This document shows, piece by piece, positions 1 through 10,835 of a DNA stretch of 53,904 nucleotides. A program made the translations under genes and the position numbers. This stretch comes from Bacteroidota bacterium (GTDB lineage Bacteria; Bacteroidota; Bacteroidia; Bacteroidales; F082): the NCBI GenBank assembly GCA_003650365.1, contig QMPA01000001.1:1-53904 (forward strand), given 5' to 3'. Position 1 is the first letter of the stretch; every line of letters begins with the position of its first letter. Below the pieces are notes generated by a model, which saw only the letters and a program-made list of their open reading frames with translations, had not been told where the DNA came from and searched no databases.

Positions 1-263
1 ATTGATTAATCTTACGATCAGTGTTAATAGCAAAACTATGGTATTTTTTGATAAGGCTTTAAAGTAGCCTATTATTTTAGGGTTCATTAAAATGTTATGA
101 ATTTACCAAATTCCTTACTTCTTTAGGGCAAAAAAAACTTATTATTGCATATAAAAGAATGTTGAAAGTGTTTTTGGTTTGTGACTGAAAGGGCGAAGCT
201 GTGTAACAAATTAGGGAAAACACACTGCTTATGTAATTATGATTTAGGAAAAGAATTTCTGCT

Positions 264-2435
264 ATGAAAACATTCAAAGAAGAACAAGAAAAATTCAGCC
301 AGAAAGTGGCGCTTTATTTTTTTATTTTGTGCTTGTTTGTGATACCTTTAATGCAGGTAAATAGTCTGATAGACACATCCTTGTATTCAAAATTTACAGT
401 CTTGTCAATCGGATTATTGTTGCTTCTGTTCATCTTTATTTTTGTTCGGAATTATCGGAATCAAATAGAATTGTCAATTGTTAAAGAGACAATTTTCCCG
501 ATATATCTTTTGTTCATATTCATTTCGGGTTTTTCAATATTTAATGCAATCAATGTTTCAGAAGCGTACTATGATTTAATGAAGAATATTTTGTTTTTTA
601 TATTCCTGGTCTTTTCATCGGTATTGCTGATTAATACAAATAAAATATTAAAGCCTATTAGTAAGATTATTGCTGTTTTTACAATCGTTATGACAGCAGT
701 TGGTTTAGTGCAGTTTTTTAGTACTGCTTTACAGCATGATTATTCTATCTACACCGCATATGAAATTACTGGTGTATTTGCACATAAGAATTTGTTTGCT
801 CAAATGTTGTTTTTGGTTTTACCGTTTAACATTTTCGGTATTTATTCTCTCAGTAAACCATGGAAGGCACTTTCCCTTACAAATTATGTGCTGGCCCTAT
901 TTTTAATTGTGGCCCTTATGGCGCGATCGGTTTGGGTTGCAGGGGTTTTTGCTCTGCTTGCAACTGTTTTTTTCTTGATAATGATTGATCGCAATATCGT
1001 TTTGGCCCAAATAAATAAAAACCTGCTTAAGCCAGTTCTTATAACTTTTTTGATCATAATAGTTTCGGTAACGGTTATAAATACAATTAATGGCTTTCAA
1101 ATCAAAGGAAAAACTACTACAGATGAGCAAGTATATGAGGAGATGTTTGGCGAAAAGAGTACAATAAAAACCCATGTAAGTGAAATCCCGCAAGTTGAAT
1201 CAGGTAATGCTTTTAACAGGCTTGTTATTTGGAACAAAACTTTAAGAATGTTTGGGGATTACCCCTTTTTGGGCGTTGGGGGAGGAAATTGGAAAATACA
1301 AATTCCGAACTTTGGTGTTGATAAAGAAATTATTATGCCTGAGAAAAAGAGGCTACAAAGGCCACACAATGATTTTTTATGGGTGCTTTCCGAAAACGGC
1401 TTATTTGGTTTAATTGCCTGGATCGGTATTTTTTTAATCAGTGTTTTTTATTTGCTTAGAATTATTAAAGTTACGAAAACCAACGAAGAAAGGCTTTTCT
1501 ATTCCCTTATGCTGTTCGCGCTTATTGGTTACTCCGTTTTCTCTTTCTTTAGTTTTCCCAGAGAAAGGATAGCACATAATACCTATATACATTTTATACT
1601 GGCAATAATTATTGCAAAGTATTATCAGCTTTTTGGAGTTATTTCTAAGCAAACTTTTTCGGTTAAAAAAATACAACTAATAAACCTGTCTCTAGTACTA
1701 TTATTATTGGCAGCATCGTTTATAGGGATAAAAAGAATAAAAGGTGAAATACATACGAAAAGGGCAATAAGTATGCTGGATATTAAAAAACCAGGGTTAG
1801 TAATTCGCGAAATAGACAAGGCTTATTCCTGGTTTTACAGCATCGATCCCTCTTCAACTCCGCTAATGTGGTATAAAGGATTGGCGATGTTTCATTTGGG
1901 TAAAACTGATATGGCAATTCATAGTTTCCGGCTTGCAGTAAAAAATAATTCCTTTCATAGTAATGTTTACAATAGCCTTGGAATTTGTTATGCCAAAAAG
2001 GGAGATTTTAAAGAGGCCAAAGCGTATTTCATTAAATCTACGCATCTAAAACCATTTTCAAATGAAGCAAATATAAGTTTGGCAAAAATTTATTTAATGG
2101 AAAATAATGAAGATAGGGCGCTTCAAGAGCTTTATAAAGCCGATTCTGATAATAAAAGCATTACAAAAACATATCGAAAATTTATTGTCAAGGACCTTAA
2201 AAGAAGAATAGACAGCCTCAAGAATACTTTTGCAGAAAAGGATATAAAGCTTGCCATCGCTTTTTTTACGCAATCAGAAGATGATGTTTTTAATAATTAT
2301 AGGGTATCTTATAAAAATAATTTACCATATGAAAAACAGATTTTGCACTTTGTATATTGGGGATTGGGAAATTATAAAGGTATGATAAAACCGGCCGACA
2401 GAAAAGCAATTATTAAAAGAGCTAACGAATTATAA
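264..2435 (+). CDS. O-antigen ligase/polymerase-like (Wzy_C-type) polytopic membrane protein with C-terminal TPR domain
   Basis: 723-aa ORF with ATG at 264 and many hydrophobic spans. Carries the Wzy_C-type loop RPHNDFLWVLSENGLFGL. The C-terminal ~230 aa are TPR-like (GLAMFHLGKTDMAIHSFRLAVK, YNSLGICYAKKGDFKEAKAYF). Paralog of 28596-30500. Confidence 0.75.
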   Translation: MKTFKEEQEKFSQKVALYFFILCLFVIPLMQVNSLIDTSLYSKFTVLSIGLLLLLFIFIFVRNYRNQIELSIVKETIFPIYLLFIFISGFSIFNAINVSEAYYDLMKNILFFIFLVFSSVLLINTNKILKPISKIIAVFTIVMTAVGLVQFFSTALQHDYSIYTAYEITGVFAHKNLFAQMLFLVLPFNIFGIYSLSKPWKALSLTNYVLALFLIVALMARSVWVAGVFALLATVFFLIMIDRNIVLAQINKNLLKPVLITFLIIIVSVTVINTINGFQIKGKTTTDEQVYEEMFGEKSTIKTHVSEIPQVESGNAFNRLVIWNKTLRMFGDYPFLGVGGGNWKIQIPNFGVDKEIIMPEKKRLQRPHNDFLWVLSENGLFGLIAWIGIFLISVFYLLRIIKVTKTNEERLFYSLMLFALIGYSVFSFFSFPRERIAHNTYIHFILAIIIAKYYQLFGVISKQTFSVKKIQLINLSLVLLLLAASFIGIKRIKGEIHTKRAISMLDIKKPGLVIREIDKAYSWFYSIDPSSTPLMWYKGLAMFHLGKTDMAIHSFRLAVKNNSFHSNVYNSLGICYAKKGDFKEAKAYFIKSTHLKPFSNEANISLAKIYLMENNEDRALQELYKADSDNKSITKTYRKFIVKDLKRRIDSLKNTFAEKDIKLAIAFFTQSEDDVFNNYRVSYKNNLPYEKQILHFVYWGLGNYKGMIKPADRKAIIKRANEL

Positions 2436-2438
2436 TTT

Positions 2439-3428
2439 ATGTCAACCAGCTTAATAAGTATAATTATGCCTGCCTATAATGCTGAGCGGCATATTCGTCA
2501 AGCTATACAGAGCATATTAGAGCAGTCTTATAAGCATTTTGAATTAATTATTATCAATGATGGTTCAAGCGATAATACGAAAGCAATAATTAAATCGTAT
2601 GGCGACAATAGGATCAGATTTTTTGAAAATGAAAAGAATTCAGGAATTGTCTTCAGCAGGAACAGAGGATTAAAACTGGCAAAGGGCGAGTACATTGGTA
2701 TGTTTGATGCAGATGATATTGCCCATCGGGAAAAATTCAGAATGCAGGTTTCTTTTCTTGAACAGAACAAGGATTTTGGAATGGTAGGCTCTTGGATAAA
2801 ATTTATTGATATGGACGGGAAACCATTGCCTGGAAAATGGAAGTTAATGGCTTCACCCGAAATGATTCCTTCCATTATGTTGTTTAAGAATTATTTTCTG
2901 CAATCGGCCGTGCTTTACAGACAAGCCTGTATTCGAAATTTTTCGTTTAAAGAAGGATTTGATATACTGGAGGACTACCTCATTTGGCTTGAAATCATCA
3001 GGGATTACAAAGTATGGAACCTGCAGAAATATCTGGTAGACTATAGAATTCACAGCGGTGGTATTACGAAAAAGCACAGCAAAGAAAAACTTGAAAAAGA
3101 AGAAAGAGTTTTCAGGATGCAATTGAAGGAGTTGGGAATTAGTGCAACGGAAACTGAATTAGAATCACATTTACTAATTAGGAATGACCAATCAATTTCA
3201 AGTATTCACACGCTCAAATCAATTGAGAAATGGCTATTGAAAATACTCGCTAGTAATGAAGTGCTTGGAGTTTATGACCAAAAAATACTCACAAGGACAG
3301 TCTTTAACCGTTGGCTGAAAGTTTGCTCAAAAGCAAAACACTTGCATTTCAAATTGTTATATCCTCTTTTCACCTCTAAAATATTTTCTATTTTTATAAA
3401 AAGTTTCAGGCCACGCTTTAATAATTAG
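2439..3428 (+). CDS. Family 2 glycosyltransferase (GT-A fold)
   Basis: N-terminus ISIIMPAYNAERHIRQAIQSILEQSY..FELIIINDGSSDNT, followed by the acidic motif MFDADD. Starts 4 nt after the upstream stop. Confidence 0.85.
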   Translation: MSTSLISIIMPAYNAERHIRQAIQSILEQSYKHFELIIINDGSSDNTKAIIKSYGDNRIRFFENEKNSGIVFSRNRGLKLAKGEYIGMFDADDIAHREKFRMQVSFLEQNKDFGMVGSWIKFIDMDGKPLPGKWKLMASPEMIPSIMLFKNYFLQSAVLYRQACIRNFSFKEGFDILEDYLIWLEIIRDYKVWNLQKYLVDYRIHSGGITKKHSKEKLEKEERVFRMQLKELGISATETELESHLLIRNDQSISSIHTLKSIEKWLLKILASNEVLGVYDQKILTRTVFNRWLKVCSKAKHLHFKLLYPLFTSKIFSIFIKSFRPRFNN

Positions 3429-3433
3429 TGTAA

Positions 3434-4321
3434 ATGTTGAAAATGACCGCAAGTGTTTCTATAGTTGCCGCCAATTATAACAATGGTAGATATCTTAAAG
3501 ATTTCATCAACAGCGTCAGCGATTCAAGTGTATTGCCCAAAGAGCTCATAATTATTGACGATGGATCAACTGACGATTCACTAAAAATTCTTGAAAGCTT
3601 TTCCAGGCTTGCATATTTGAAAATCATCAAATTCGAAAAAAACCTTGGATTTTGTGAAGCATTAAATGCAGGAATTGAAATTGCCAGTGGTGATTATATT
3701 ATGCGCGTCGATCCAGATGATATCGTATTAAAAGGCAGGATTAAATCGCAGGTTGAATACCTTGAAAATCACAAAGAAGTTGATGTTGTTGGCAGCAATG
3801 TTATTTATTTTCATGATGATACAGGCAAAGTGCTGATAAGATCAAATTTCCCAATCGATCATTCATCCATCAAAACGAAATATTTAAAAGGCGAACATGG
3901 CGTGCAGCACCCTTCCACAATGATAAGGTCTGCTGTTATGAAACAATACAAATACGTACAGGATAATTTTAAGGCCGAAGATTATGAAATTTTTGCGCGT
4001 ATGATAAAAGACGGGCTTCACTTTGCAAATATTTATGAACCACTTACAAGAATGCGGGTTCATGGCCAAAGTGTTTCGGTTAGTATCCAGTACAGTACCA
4101 TTAAGCTGACATACAAAATCAGGGATGAAATTTTCGGTACATCTACAACTGCACTACAATCATGTTTTTATTATTGGTATATTTTGAACTACAAAAAATT
4201 CCTGATCACAAAGAATGTACTAATGAAACCACTGTATTTAGTGCTGTCAGTACTGTTTTATCCCTCAAAGTTTTTTAAAAGATTATTTGAAGTCAACAAG
4301 CATGAAAGTTTCAAATCTTAA
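3434..4321 (+). CDS. Family 2 glycosyltransferase
   Basis: VSIVAANYNNGRYL..LIIIDDGSTDDS followed by RVDPDD. Typical GT2 N-terminal domain. Confidence 0.85.
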   Translation: MLKMTASVSIVAANYNNGRYLKDFINSVSDSSVLPKELIIIDDGSTDDSLKILESFSRLAYLKIIKFEKNLGFCEALNAGIEIASGDYIMRVDPDDIVLKGRIKSQVEYLENHKEVDVVGSNVIYFHDDTGKVLIRSNFPIDHSSIKTKYLKGEHGVQHPSTMIRSAVMKQYKYVQDNFKAEDYEIFARMIKDGLHFANIYEPLTRMRVHGQSVSVSIQYSTIKLTYKIRDEIFGTSTTALQSCFYYWYILNYKKFLITKNVLMKPLYLVLSVLFYPSKFFKRLFEVNKHESFKS

Positions 4322-5672
4322 TAATCCATTGATTGACTGGGTCACCAAATACGAGTCAAAACTTGTCGATATTTTCTTTTGGCTTTTTATCGCCTCTTTT
4401 CTCATCGACCGTATTATCAATTATTTTATTCATTTTCCATTCTTCGTGGGTTCTGCTTTATTGATGTTTCCATTCTTGTTTTTCATCACCCAGCATAAAA
4501 ACCCTGACAGGAAACGATTGATGATAGCGGTTTTTTCATTTGTGCTTATTACAATTATTAACAGCATTGTTTATTTGTTTGGGGTAAAAAATATATCCGA
4601 CCTATTGTTTATTATCCTTTTCATTACTATTTATTTTTATTATAGAAAAAACATAAACAATCTAAAAACCGCAAACACATATCTTTTTTTTGCATTATCA
4701 CTTTTCCTGTTTTCTTTTACATTTTTCAATATCGATTCTAATTCGATACATAAACACTCATATACTTCAACCCTGAGGTGGATTACTTCTTATGATGAAG
4801 AGCCGGAAAAACTAAAGAAAATAAGGCTAAAGAATGAAAAACTTGAGCTGGCAGAAAAAGGAATGGCAAAAAAAAGACTGGAAGAAAGTGGAGAGATTAC
4901 ATGGAAAAGTAATGAATTGGATATATTGGAAATATTAAGGATTTACCACAATGGTTTGTTCCGGATTCCTCATATAGCCTCCTATTTTTTTGGTTTTCTG
5001 TTTCTGTTTTTTGCCCATCAATATCGAATTAAGAAAAAAATACTTTTTGTGGTTTTAATGGTAATAAGTATTGGTTTGTGTATTTATTCCGGTTCAAGGG
5101 CTATTCTGCTTGCTTTTGTCTTGTCAACAATTATTTTTTTATTCAACAGAAAATACATCCTTTATCTCGCCATGATTTTTGTTGCAATACTGATCTTGAT
5201 CTTTTCAAAGGAATATTTCCTTCAAATAAGCAAGGACACATTTTTCTTCCAATACTTCACATTAATTGAAACAACTCTTGAAAACTTCAGCAGGCTTTCG
5301 CGCTATAGGTTATGGTATTCGTGGTGGACAGAGGTTAGTGAGTTTGGTTTTTGGGAATTTGTTATTGGGAATTCTTTTATGAGTGCCATGTACGCAAACG
5401 CAGTTAACCTTAATTTTAAAGAGTGGTTTCACAACGATTTTCTGAGTATTTTCTATACTTTCGGCATTTGGTGTACACTGCTTTATATCTGGTTTTTTAT
5501 CAAGATTTATCGTGATTACAAAATGTATATCAAACAAAATATTTTCATTTTCATTTTTTATGCTTCAATGATCATTACGGCCTTCGTTAATGGGTTTTAT
5601 TATTATTTTCCTGTTTTTTTGCTTTACCTGTTTTTGTTAATGATTAAAAACGAAAAACAATTGGCTCAATAA
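4302..5672 (+). CDS. Wzy/O-antigen polymerase-like polytopic membrane protein
   Basis: Very hydrophobic ORF with the ligase/polymerase-type loop EWFHNDFLSIFYTFGIW and one charged loop (EEPEKLKKIRLKNEKLELAEKG). The ORF-track start at 4287 is a TTG inside the upstream gene. The first in-frame ATG is at 4302. Confidence 0.65.
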   Translation: MKVSNLNNPLIDWVTKYESKLVDIFFWLFIASFLIDRIINYFIHFPFFVGSALLMFPFLFFITQHKNPDRKRLMIAVFSFVLITIINSIVYLFGVKNISDLLFIILFITIYFYYRKNINNLKTANTYLFFALSLFLFSFTFFNIDSNSIHKHSYTSTLRWITSYDEEPEKLKKIRLKNEKLELAEKGMAKKRLEESGEITWKSNELDILEILRIYHNGLFRIPHIASYFFGFLFLFFAHQYRIKKKILFVVLMVISIGLCIYSGSRAILLAFVLSTIIFLFNRKYILYLAMIFVAILILIFSKEYFLQISKDTFFFQYFTLIETTLENFSRLSRYRLWYSWWTEVSEFGFWEFVIGNSFMSAMYANAVNLNFKEWFHNDFLSIFYTFGIWCTLLYIWFFIKIYRDYKMYIKQNIFIFIFYASMIITAFVNGFYYYFPVFLLYLFLLMIKNEKQLAQ

Positions 5673-5673
5673 A

Positions 5674-6744
5674 ATGAAGATAGGGATTTTAGGTACGCGC
5701 GGTATTCCAAACCGCTACGGTGGTTTTGAGCAATGGGCAGAGCAATTGTCACAAGGCCTTGTTCAAAGAGGGTGTGAGGTAACGGTTTATAATTCACATT
5801 TTCATCCTTATCGGAAAAAGGATTTTTATGGGGTTGAAATTATACGCAAGTGGGATCCTAAAACTATTGGTTTGGCAAGCCAGTTTATTTATGATTTGCT
5901 CTGCATCTTAAGTGCCAGAAAGAAAAATTTTGATACCATTATTCAACTTGGATATACCACGAGTTCGGTCTGGGCATGGCTTTTACCAAAAAAAGCAAAA
6001 GTGCTGTACAATATGGATGGTATTGAATGGAAACGCGAGAAGTACAAAGGAATAGTAAAATCATTTCTAAAATATGCCGAGCAACTTGCTGTAAACAATA
6101 GTGATGTTATAATTGCAGATGCAAAACCAATAAAGCGATACTTTGAAAAAAAGTACGATACAAATGTTGAATATATTGCCTATCCTGCAAAAATATTTGA
6201 TAGCCCAGAAAGTGCTGTTCTTAAAAAGCATAAGCTAAGCCGAAACAATTATAGTTTGCTAATCGCACGTTTTCAGCCTGATAATAATCTCGAAATGATA
6301 ATAAAAGGGACCGTTGCGTCCAAATCAACTTTGCCATTACTAATTGTGGGAGATTACGATAACAAATATGGCCGCCATCTGTTGAAGAAGTATAAAGATA
6401 AAAGGATTGTTTTTTTAGGTAAGATTTTTGACAAAAAAGAGCTCGACAACCTGCGCTATTTTTCATCCATTTATTTTCATGGTCACAGTGCAGGGGGAAC
6501 AAATCCATCGCTATTAGAAGCAATGGCAACCTCCTGTATTATATGTGCGCACAACAATGAATTTAACAAGTCTGTTCTGGATAATGATGCCTGGTATTTT
6601 ACGCATGAGGATGATATTTCTGCCTTGTTGAATAGTGAAAATGACAGAGGCGACAAAGCCAATTGGATTGAGAATAATCTCGATAAATTACGCAATAATT
6701 ACAATCTGGATGTTATTATAAATGACTACCAAAAATTATTTTGA
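5674..6744 (+). CDS. GT4-type glycosyltransferase with DUF1972-type N-terminal domain
   Basis: N-terminus MKIGILGTRGIPNRYGGFEQWAEQLS. C-terminal GT-B motif FHGHSAGGTNPSLLEAMA. Starts 2 nt after the upstream stop. Confidence 0.8.
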   Translation: MKIGILGTRGIPNRYGGFEQWAEQLSQGLVQRGCEVTVYNSHFHPYRKKDFYGVEIIRKWDPKTIGLASQFIYDLLCILSARKKNFDTIIQLGYTTSSVWAWLLPKKAKVLYNMDGIEWKREKYKGIVKSFLKYAEQLAVNNSDVIIADAKPIKRYFEKKYDTNVEYIAYPAKIFDSPESAVLKKHKLSRNNYSLLIARFQPDNNLEMIIKGTVASKSTLPLLIVGDYDNKYGRHLLKKYKDKRIVFLGKIFDKKELDNLRYFSSIYFHGHSAGGTNPSLLEAMATSCIICAHNNEFNKSVLDNDAWYFTHEDDISALLNSENDRGDKANWIENNLDKLRNNYNLDVIINDYQKLF

Positions 6745-6808
6745 AATTGCGATTAGGTTTTCGATGAAAGAAATACTACAATAAAAATGAAACCAAAAAA
6801 TAAGCAGA

Positions 6809-8185
6809 ATGAAATACTCAAAGTATATATCACTTATTTCGGCTATTGGTGATTTATTAATTCTAAATATCAGTTTCAATTTTGCATTTTGTTATTTGAA
6901 AGGGTTTGAGAAGGCTTGCTGTAGTACAATTTCAATTGTCTTTTTTATTTTTATTAATCTCGCCTGGGTTGTTTCGGCAAATATCTTCAAAGCACACCGG
7001 TTCGACCGCCAAAGTTATAAGAAAGCAATTCTGTTTACTTACATTAAAACAGTTGTTTTCTTCTTCTTTCTTTTTTTACTTTTTTTCCAGATTTTTACTT
7101 TTGATTATTATCAGCGAGATGAGATTAAAACGCTGTTTTTTGTCTTTTTTACATCCCTGATAGCTTGGCAATTTTTTCTTTATTTTATTTCCCTTTTCTA
7201 CCGAAAATCTGGCTATAATTACCGCAATGTTGTTATTGTTGGATACAGTGATAAAGCAACAGAGCTAAAAGATTATTTTACTGATAATTTATGGGCAGGA
7301 TACCGTTTTAAGGGTTTTTTCACGCATAACAAATCAGATAAAAAAGATGTTTCAGGAACTTACAGTGACCTTGAAAATTTCATAACAAGCAATAGTGTTG
7401 ATGAGATATATATTATGATAAATGATATTCATAAAAGTGTTTATAAAACCATTTCCTCAATAATAAGCAAGCAGGCAGTTAAAATAAGGCTTGTCCCCGA
7501 TTTATCCGATTTTTCATATATGGGTCTTAAATTAGTTGATTACGACTTAGTTCCTGTTATGAAAGTTCAGGAAGGGCCATTGAGTTTCTGGTACAACAGT
7601 TTGGTGAAACGCCTGATAGATATTGTCATTTCAATACTCGTCATTGTATTGGTATTGTCGTGGCTTATCCCGCTGCTTGCTATTGTAGATTTGTTTGGCC
7701 ACAGAGAGGGCCTGTTTTTCATTCAGCAGCGATCAGGCTTAGATGACCAGCCATTTGGCCTTATTAAATTCAGGACAATGCGGAAAAACCGAGATGCTGA
7801 CATTAAAGGTGCTACCGAAGATGATGAAAGAATTACATGGCTTGGGAGTATTTTGCGAAAAACAAGTATCGACGAGCTGCCCCAGTTTTTTAATGTATTA
7901 GGTGGGAAAATGTCAGTAATCGGCCCCCGTCCGCACATGCTTTTGCATACCGAAGAATACAAAGTCCTTGTCAATAAATTTATGATCAGACACTCAGTAA
8001 AACCTGGTATTACCGGTTATGCACAGGTTAGGGGTTGTAGGGGCGAAATTAAAACGACAAAAGATATGAAAGAAAGGATTAAACTTGACATTTCCTATAT
8101 TGAAAATTGGTCGATGTGGTTCGATATTAAAATTGTTTTTCTCACTTTTATTAGTTTTTTCAAAGGTGATGAAAAAGCATATTGA
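6809..8185 (+). CDS. Polyprenyl-phosphate hexose-1-phosphate transferase (WcaJ/WbaP-like priming sugar transferase)
   Basis: N-terminal TM bundle plus a Bac_transf C-terminal domain: KRLIDIVISILVIVLVLSWLIPLLAIV, LIKFRTM, DELPQFFNVLGGKMSVIGPRP, KPGITGYAQV. Confidence 0.9.
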   Translation: MKYSKYISLISAIGDLLILNISFNFAFCYLKGFEKACCSTISIVFFIFINLAWVVSANIFKAHRFDRQSYKKAILFTYIKTVVFFFFLFLLFFQIFTFDYYQRDEIKTLFFVFFTSLIAWQFFLYFISLFYRKSGYNYRNVVIVGYSDKATELKDYFTDNLWAGYRFKGFFTHNKSDKKDVSGTYSDLENFITSNSVDEIYIMINDIHKSVYKTISSIISKQAVKIRLVPDLSDFSYMGLKLVDYDLVPVMKVQEGPLSFWYNSLVKRLIDIVISILVIVLVLSWLIPLLAIVDLFGHREGLFFIQQRSGLDDQPFGLIKFRTMRKNRDADIKGATEDDERITWLGSILRKTSIDELPQFFNVLGGKMSVIGPRPHMLLHTEEYKVLVNKFMIRHSVKPGITGYAQVRGCRGEIKTTKDMKERIKLDISYIENWSMWFDIKIVFLTFISFFKGDEKAY

Positions 8186-8196
8186 TAAAGATAAAA

Positions 8197-9735
8197 ATGC
8201 CAAATAGTAAAACAGCAAACGAATACAATACTCAATTAAGTAGTATTACTAAAAATGCCGCTTACGCAGCTTTTGGAATACTGTTTATGAATATAATGGC
8301 ATTTTTGAACAATGTTATTATAACAAGAACTTTAGGTGCCGACTCATATGGACTGTTTGTACTTGTAACTAATGTATTCGGATTTATTGCTCTTTTTCCG
8401 CAGCTTGGATTTGGCCCTGCCATTATTCGTTACGTTTCCAATTATATCGGTAAAGGGGAAAATGAGAAAGCAAAGGGCACGATTCTTTTTAGTTCAAAAC
8501 TACTCTTAATTACCAGTATCGTTTTTCTGGCAATTTCTCTCTTATTAAGTAATTGGATATCTGAATATTTATTTGATCGCCCCGAATTGACACCATTGCT
8601 AAACATTTTGTTGTTGTCGCTTCCTTTTTCAGTAATTGCTACGGTATTTTTCTCAGCTTTAAACGGACTGAAACTTATAAAATACCAGATAGCTGCTTCG
8701 AATATTATTAATCCACTTGTTTTCTTTTTCCTAATCAATATTATTTTTTTTATGGGATATGGTTTAACAGGATTAGTATGGGTAATGGTATTTATGGGAG
8801 TAGCTATGGCAGGACTGTCATATTATTTTCTGAATATAGGATATTTTAAACTGAACAGAAAACTGGACTCAATAGTAGAAAAACAAGAGTTATTACGTTT
8901 TGCAACCCCCATCTATCTGAATCAGTTTTTAAATACTGCGATAAGATTTGCCCCGATATTTATTATGGGATATTTTTTGTCAAATACAGATATTGGTATC
9001 TTTAATGTGGGTTTCAGGATTGCGATGCTGGTAAGTGTTTCATTGGGTGCATTCAGGCTGATTTTCTCTCCAACAATTTCCAGCCTGTATGCAAATAATA
9101 AAAAACCGTTGATTAGCCAGTTGTATAAAACGGTCACAAAATGGATATTTACGATTGCCCTGCTTACATTTTGTATTATCATTTTATTTACCGAACCTAT
9201 ATTGAACATTTTTGGTAAAGAATTTACAAGTGGGATCAGCGTCTTGCTACTTCTTGTTTTTGGCGAACTAATCAACGCTGGTGTTGGACTGGTAGGAAGC
9301 ATTATTTTAATGAGCGGAAGATCGAAAGTCGTACTATTTAACGCAAGCATTAATTTTATAACTATTGTTTCTTTGAGCTACTTTTTAATACCGGATTATG
9401 GAATAATTGGGGCGGCACTTTCATATTCAATAACGGTTGTTTTGTTAAGTATAATACGATTAATTGAGTTGTATTATTTTGAAAAAATGCATCCATTCAA
9501 ATTTAGTTACATTAAACCACTTGTTGCCGGTATAGTGGCATTTGTACTTACTTACTTTGTGGTAAATGGAATCGATATTAACCAATATATTGAAATGATA
9601 TCCGGCATGCTGATTTTTTTATTGCTTTTTGTTTTCATCTTGTGGGCTCTGAAATTTGACGATGATGATAAATATATTTTTAGCTTAATTTCTAATAAAT
9701 TTATGCGGCATGAAAATGATAATAAACCACATTAA
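8197..9735 (+). CDS. Wzx-like oligosaccharide flippase (MOP superfamily polysaccharide biosynthesis protein)
   Basis: ~510 aa with about 12-14 hydrophobic helices, directly after the priming transferase. The ORF-track start at 8182 is TTG. The first ATG is at 8197. Confidence 0.75.
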   Translation: MPNSKTANEYNTQLSSITKNAAYAAFGILFMNIMAFLNNVIITRTLGADSYGLFVLVTNVFGFIALFPQLGFGPAIIRYVSNYIGKGENEKAKGTILFSSKLLLITSIVFLAISLLLSNWISEYLFDRPELTPLLNILLLSLPFSVIATVFFSALNGLKLIKYQIAASNIINPLVFFFLINIIFFMGYGLTGLVWVMVFMGVAMAGLSYYFLNIGYFKLNRKLDSIVEKQELLRFATPIYLNQFLNTAIRFAPIFIMGYFLSNTDIGIFNVGFRIAMLVSVSLGAFRLIFSPTISSLYANNKKPLISQLYKTVTKWIFTIALLTFCIIILFTEPILNIFGKEFTSGISVLLLLVFGELINAGVGLVGSIILMSGRSKVVLFNASINFITIVSLSYFLIPDYGIIGAALSYSITVVLLSIIRLIELYYFEKMHPFKFSYIKPLVAGIVAFVLTYFVVNGIDINQYIEMISGMLIFLLLFVFILWALKFDDDDKYIFSLISNKFMRHENDNKPH

Positions 9736-9806
9736 TGCAGAAAAATATTAAATTTACCCGGCATGAAGAAATGAGCTCAGTCACACTAAAATAGATCAAA
9801 CAAATT

Positions 9807-10835
9807 ATGAAGATTGGCGTTTTTTATCCAGAGGTTTTTCCATTAAGCATGAAAATTTATGCAGATACCATCATGCATCAATTGAAAGGACTGGGGTTTA
9901 CTTTTGCACTTTTCAAGGATATAAAAAATATTCCTGAAAATGCTGATCTGTACTGGGATCCGCGTGTTGGAGGAGGAGCACTCCCGGAAATAAATAAAAA
10001 CATAGTTTCAAAACCAATAGTTGCTACCCTTCACGGAACAGCACTGTTTACTTTACCGATAAAAGAGAACCGTTTTCGTTTTATGGATACCTTTGACATG
10101 ATTCGGCATAGAAAACGGTTTAAGCAACAATGGGTAAAATACCAAAATCATTTTGAAAAAATCATCACTGTATCAAACTATGCAAAAGATGAAATTGTGA
10201 AAAACCTTTCTATTGATGCCGAAAGGATAATCCCAATACATCATGCTGTTGACGAGACTTTGTTTTATCCTGAAAATGAACAAATAGAGAAAGTTCTACC
10301 AAATGGGTATTTCCTACATGTTTCGGTTTTTCAACCAAAAAAAAATATTGATAGATTAATAAAGGCCTATTTGTCAATTACTGATCAGAATGAAACCCCA
10401 AATTTGATATTGTTAGTGCCGGGTTATAACAAAACGTGCACACATCCAAAAGTGAGTATCCTTACAAAACAGCAAAGCAGAGAAGAAGTTGCTACATTTT
10501 TACAAAATGCGTTTGGATTTATTTTTCCGTCTTTACACGAAAGTTTTGGGTTGCCAATTATCGAGGCAATGGCCTGTGGTGTGCCGGTAATTACCTCCAA
10601 TGTAACCGGATGCCCTGAAATAGCGGGCGGTGCAGCCATATTAGTAAACCCCAGAAGTACGAAAGAGATTGCTGATGCCTTGCTTGAATTGACCGAAAAT
10701 AGAAAACTGAGGGAAGAAATAATTAATAAGGGATTGGTAAGATGTAGTAATTTTAGCTGGAGGAAAAGCGCTTCTAAACATGCTGAAATATTTAATGCTG
10801 CTTTAAATACATTCAACAACAAATCCAATAATTAA
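9807..10835 (+). CDS. GT4/GT1-type glycosyltransferase
   Basis: GT-B C-terminal signature FIFPSLHESFGLPIIEAMACGVPVITSNVTGCPEIAG. Confidence 0.85.
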   Translation: MKIGVFYPEVFPLSMKIYADTIMHQLKGLGFTFALFKDIKNIPENADLYWDPRVGGGALPEINKNIVSKPIVATLHGTALFTLPIKENRFRFMDTFDMIRHRKRFKQQWVKYQNHFEKIITVSNYAKDEIVKNLSIDAERIIPIHHAVDETLFYPENEQIEKVLPNGYFLHVSVFQPKKNIDRLIKAYLSITDQNETPNLILLVPGYNKTCTHPKVSILTKQQSREEVATFLQNAFGFIFPSLHESFGLPIIEAMACGVPVITSNVTGCPEIAGGAAILVNPRSTKEIADALLELTENRKLREEIINKGLVRCSNFSWRKSASKHAEIFNAALNTFNNKSNN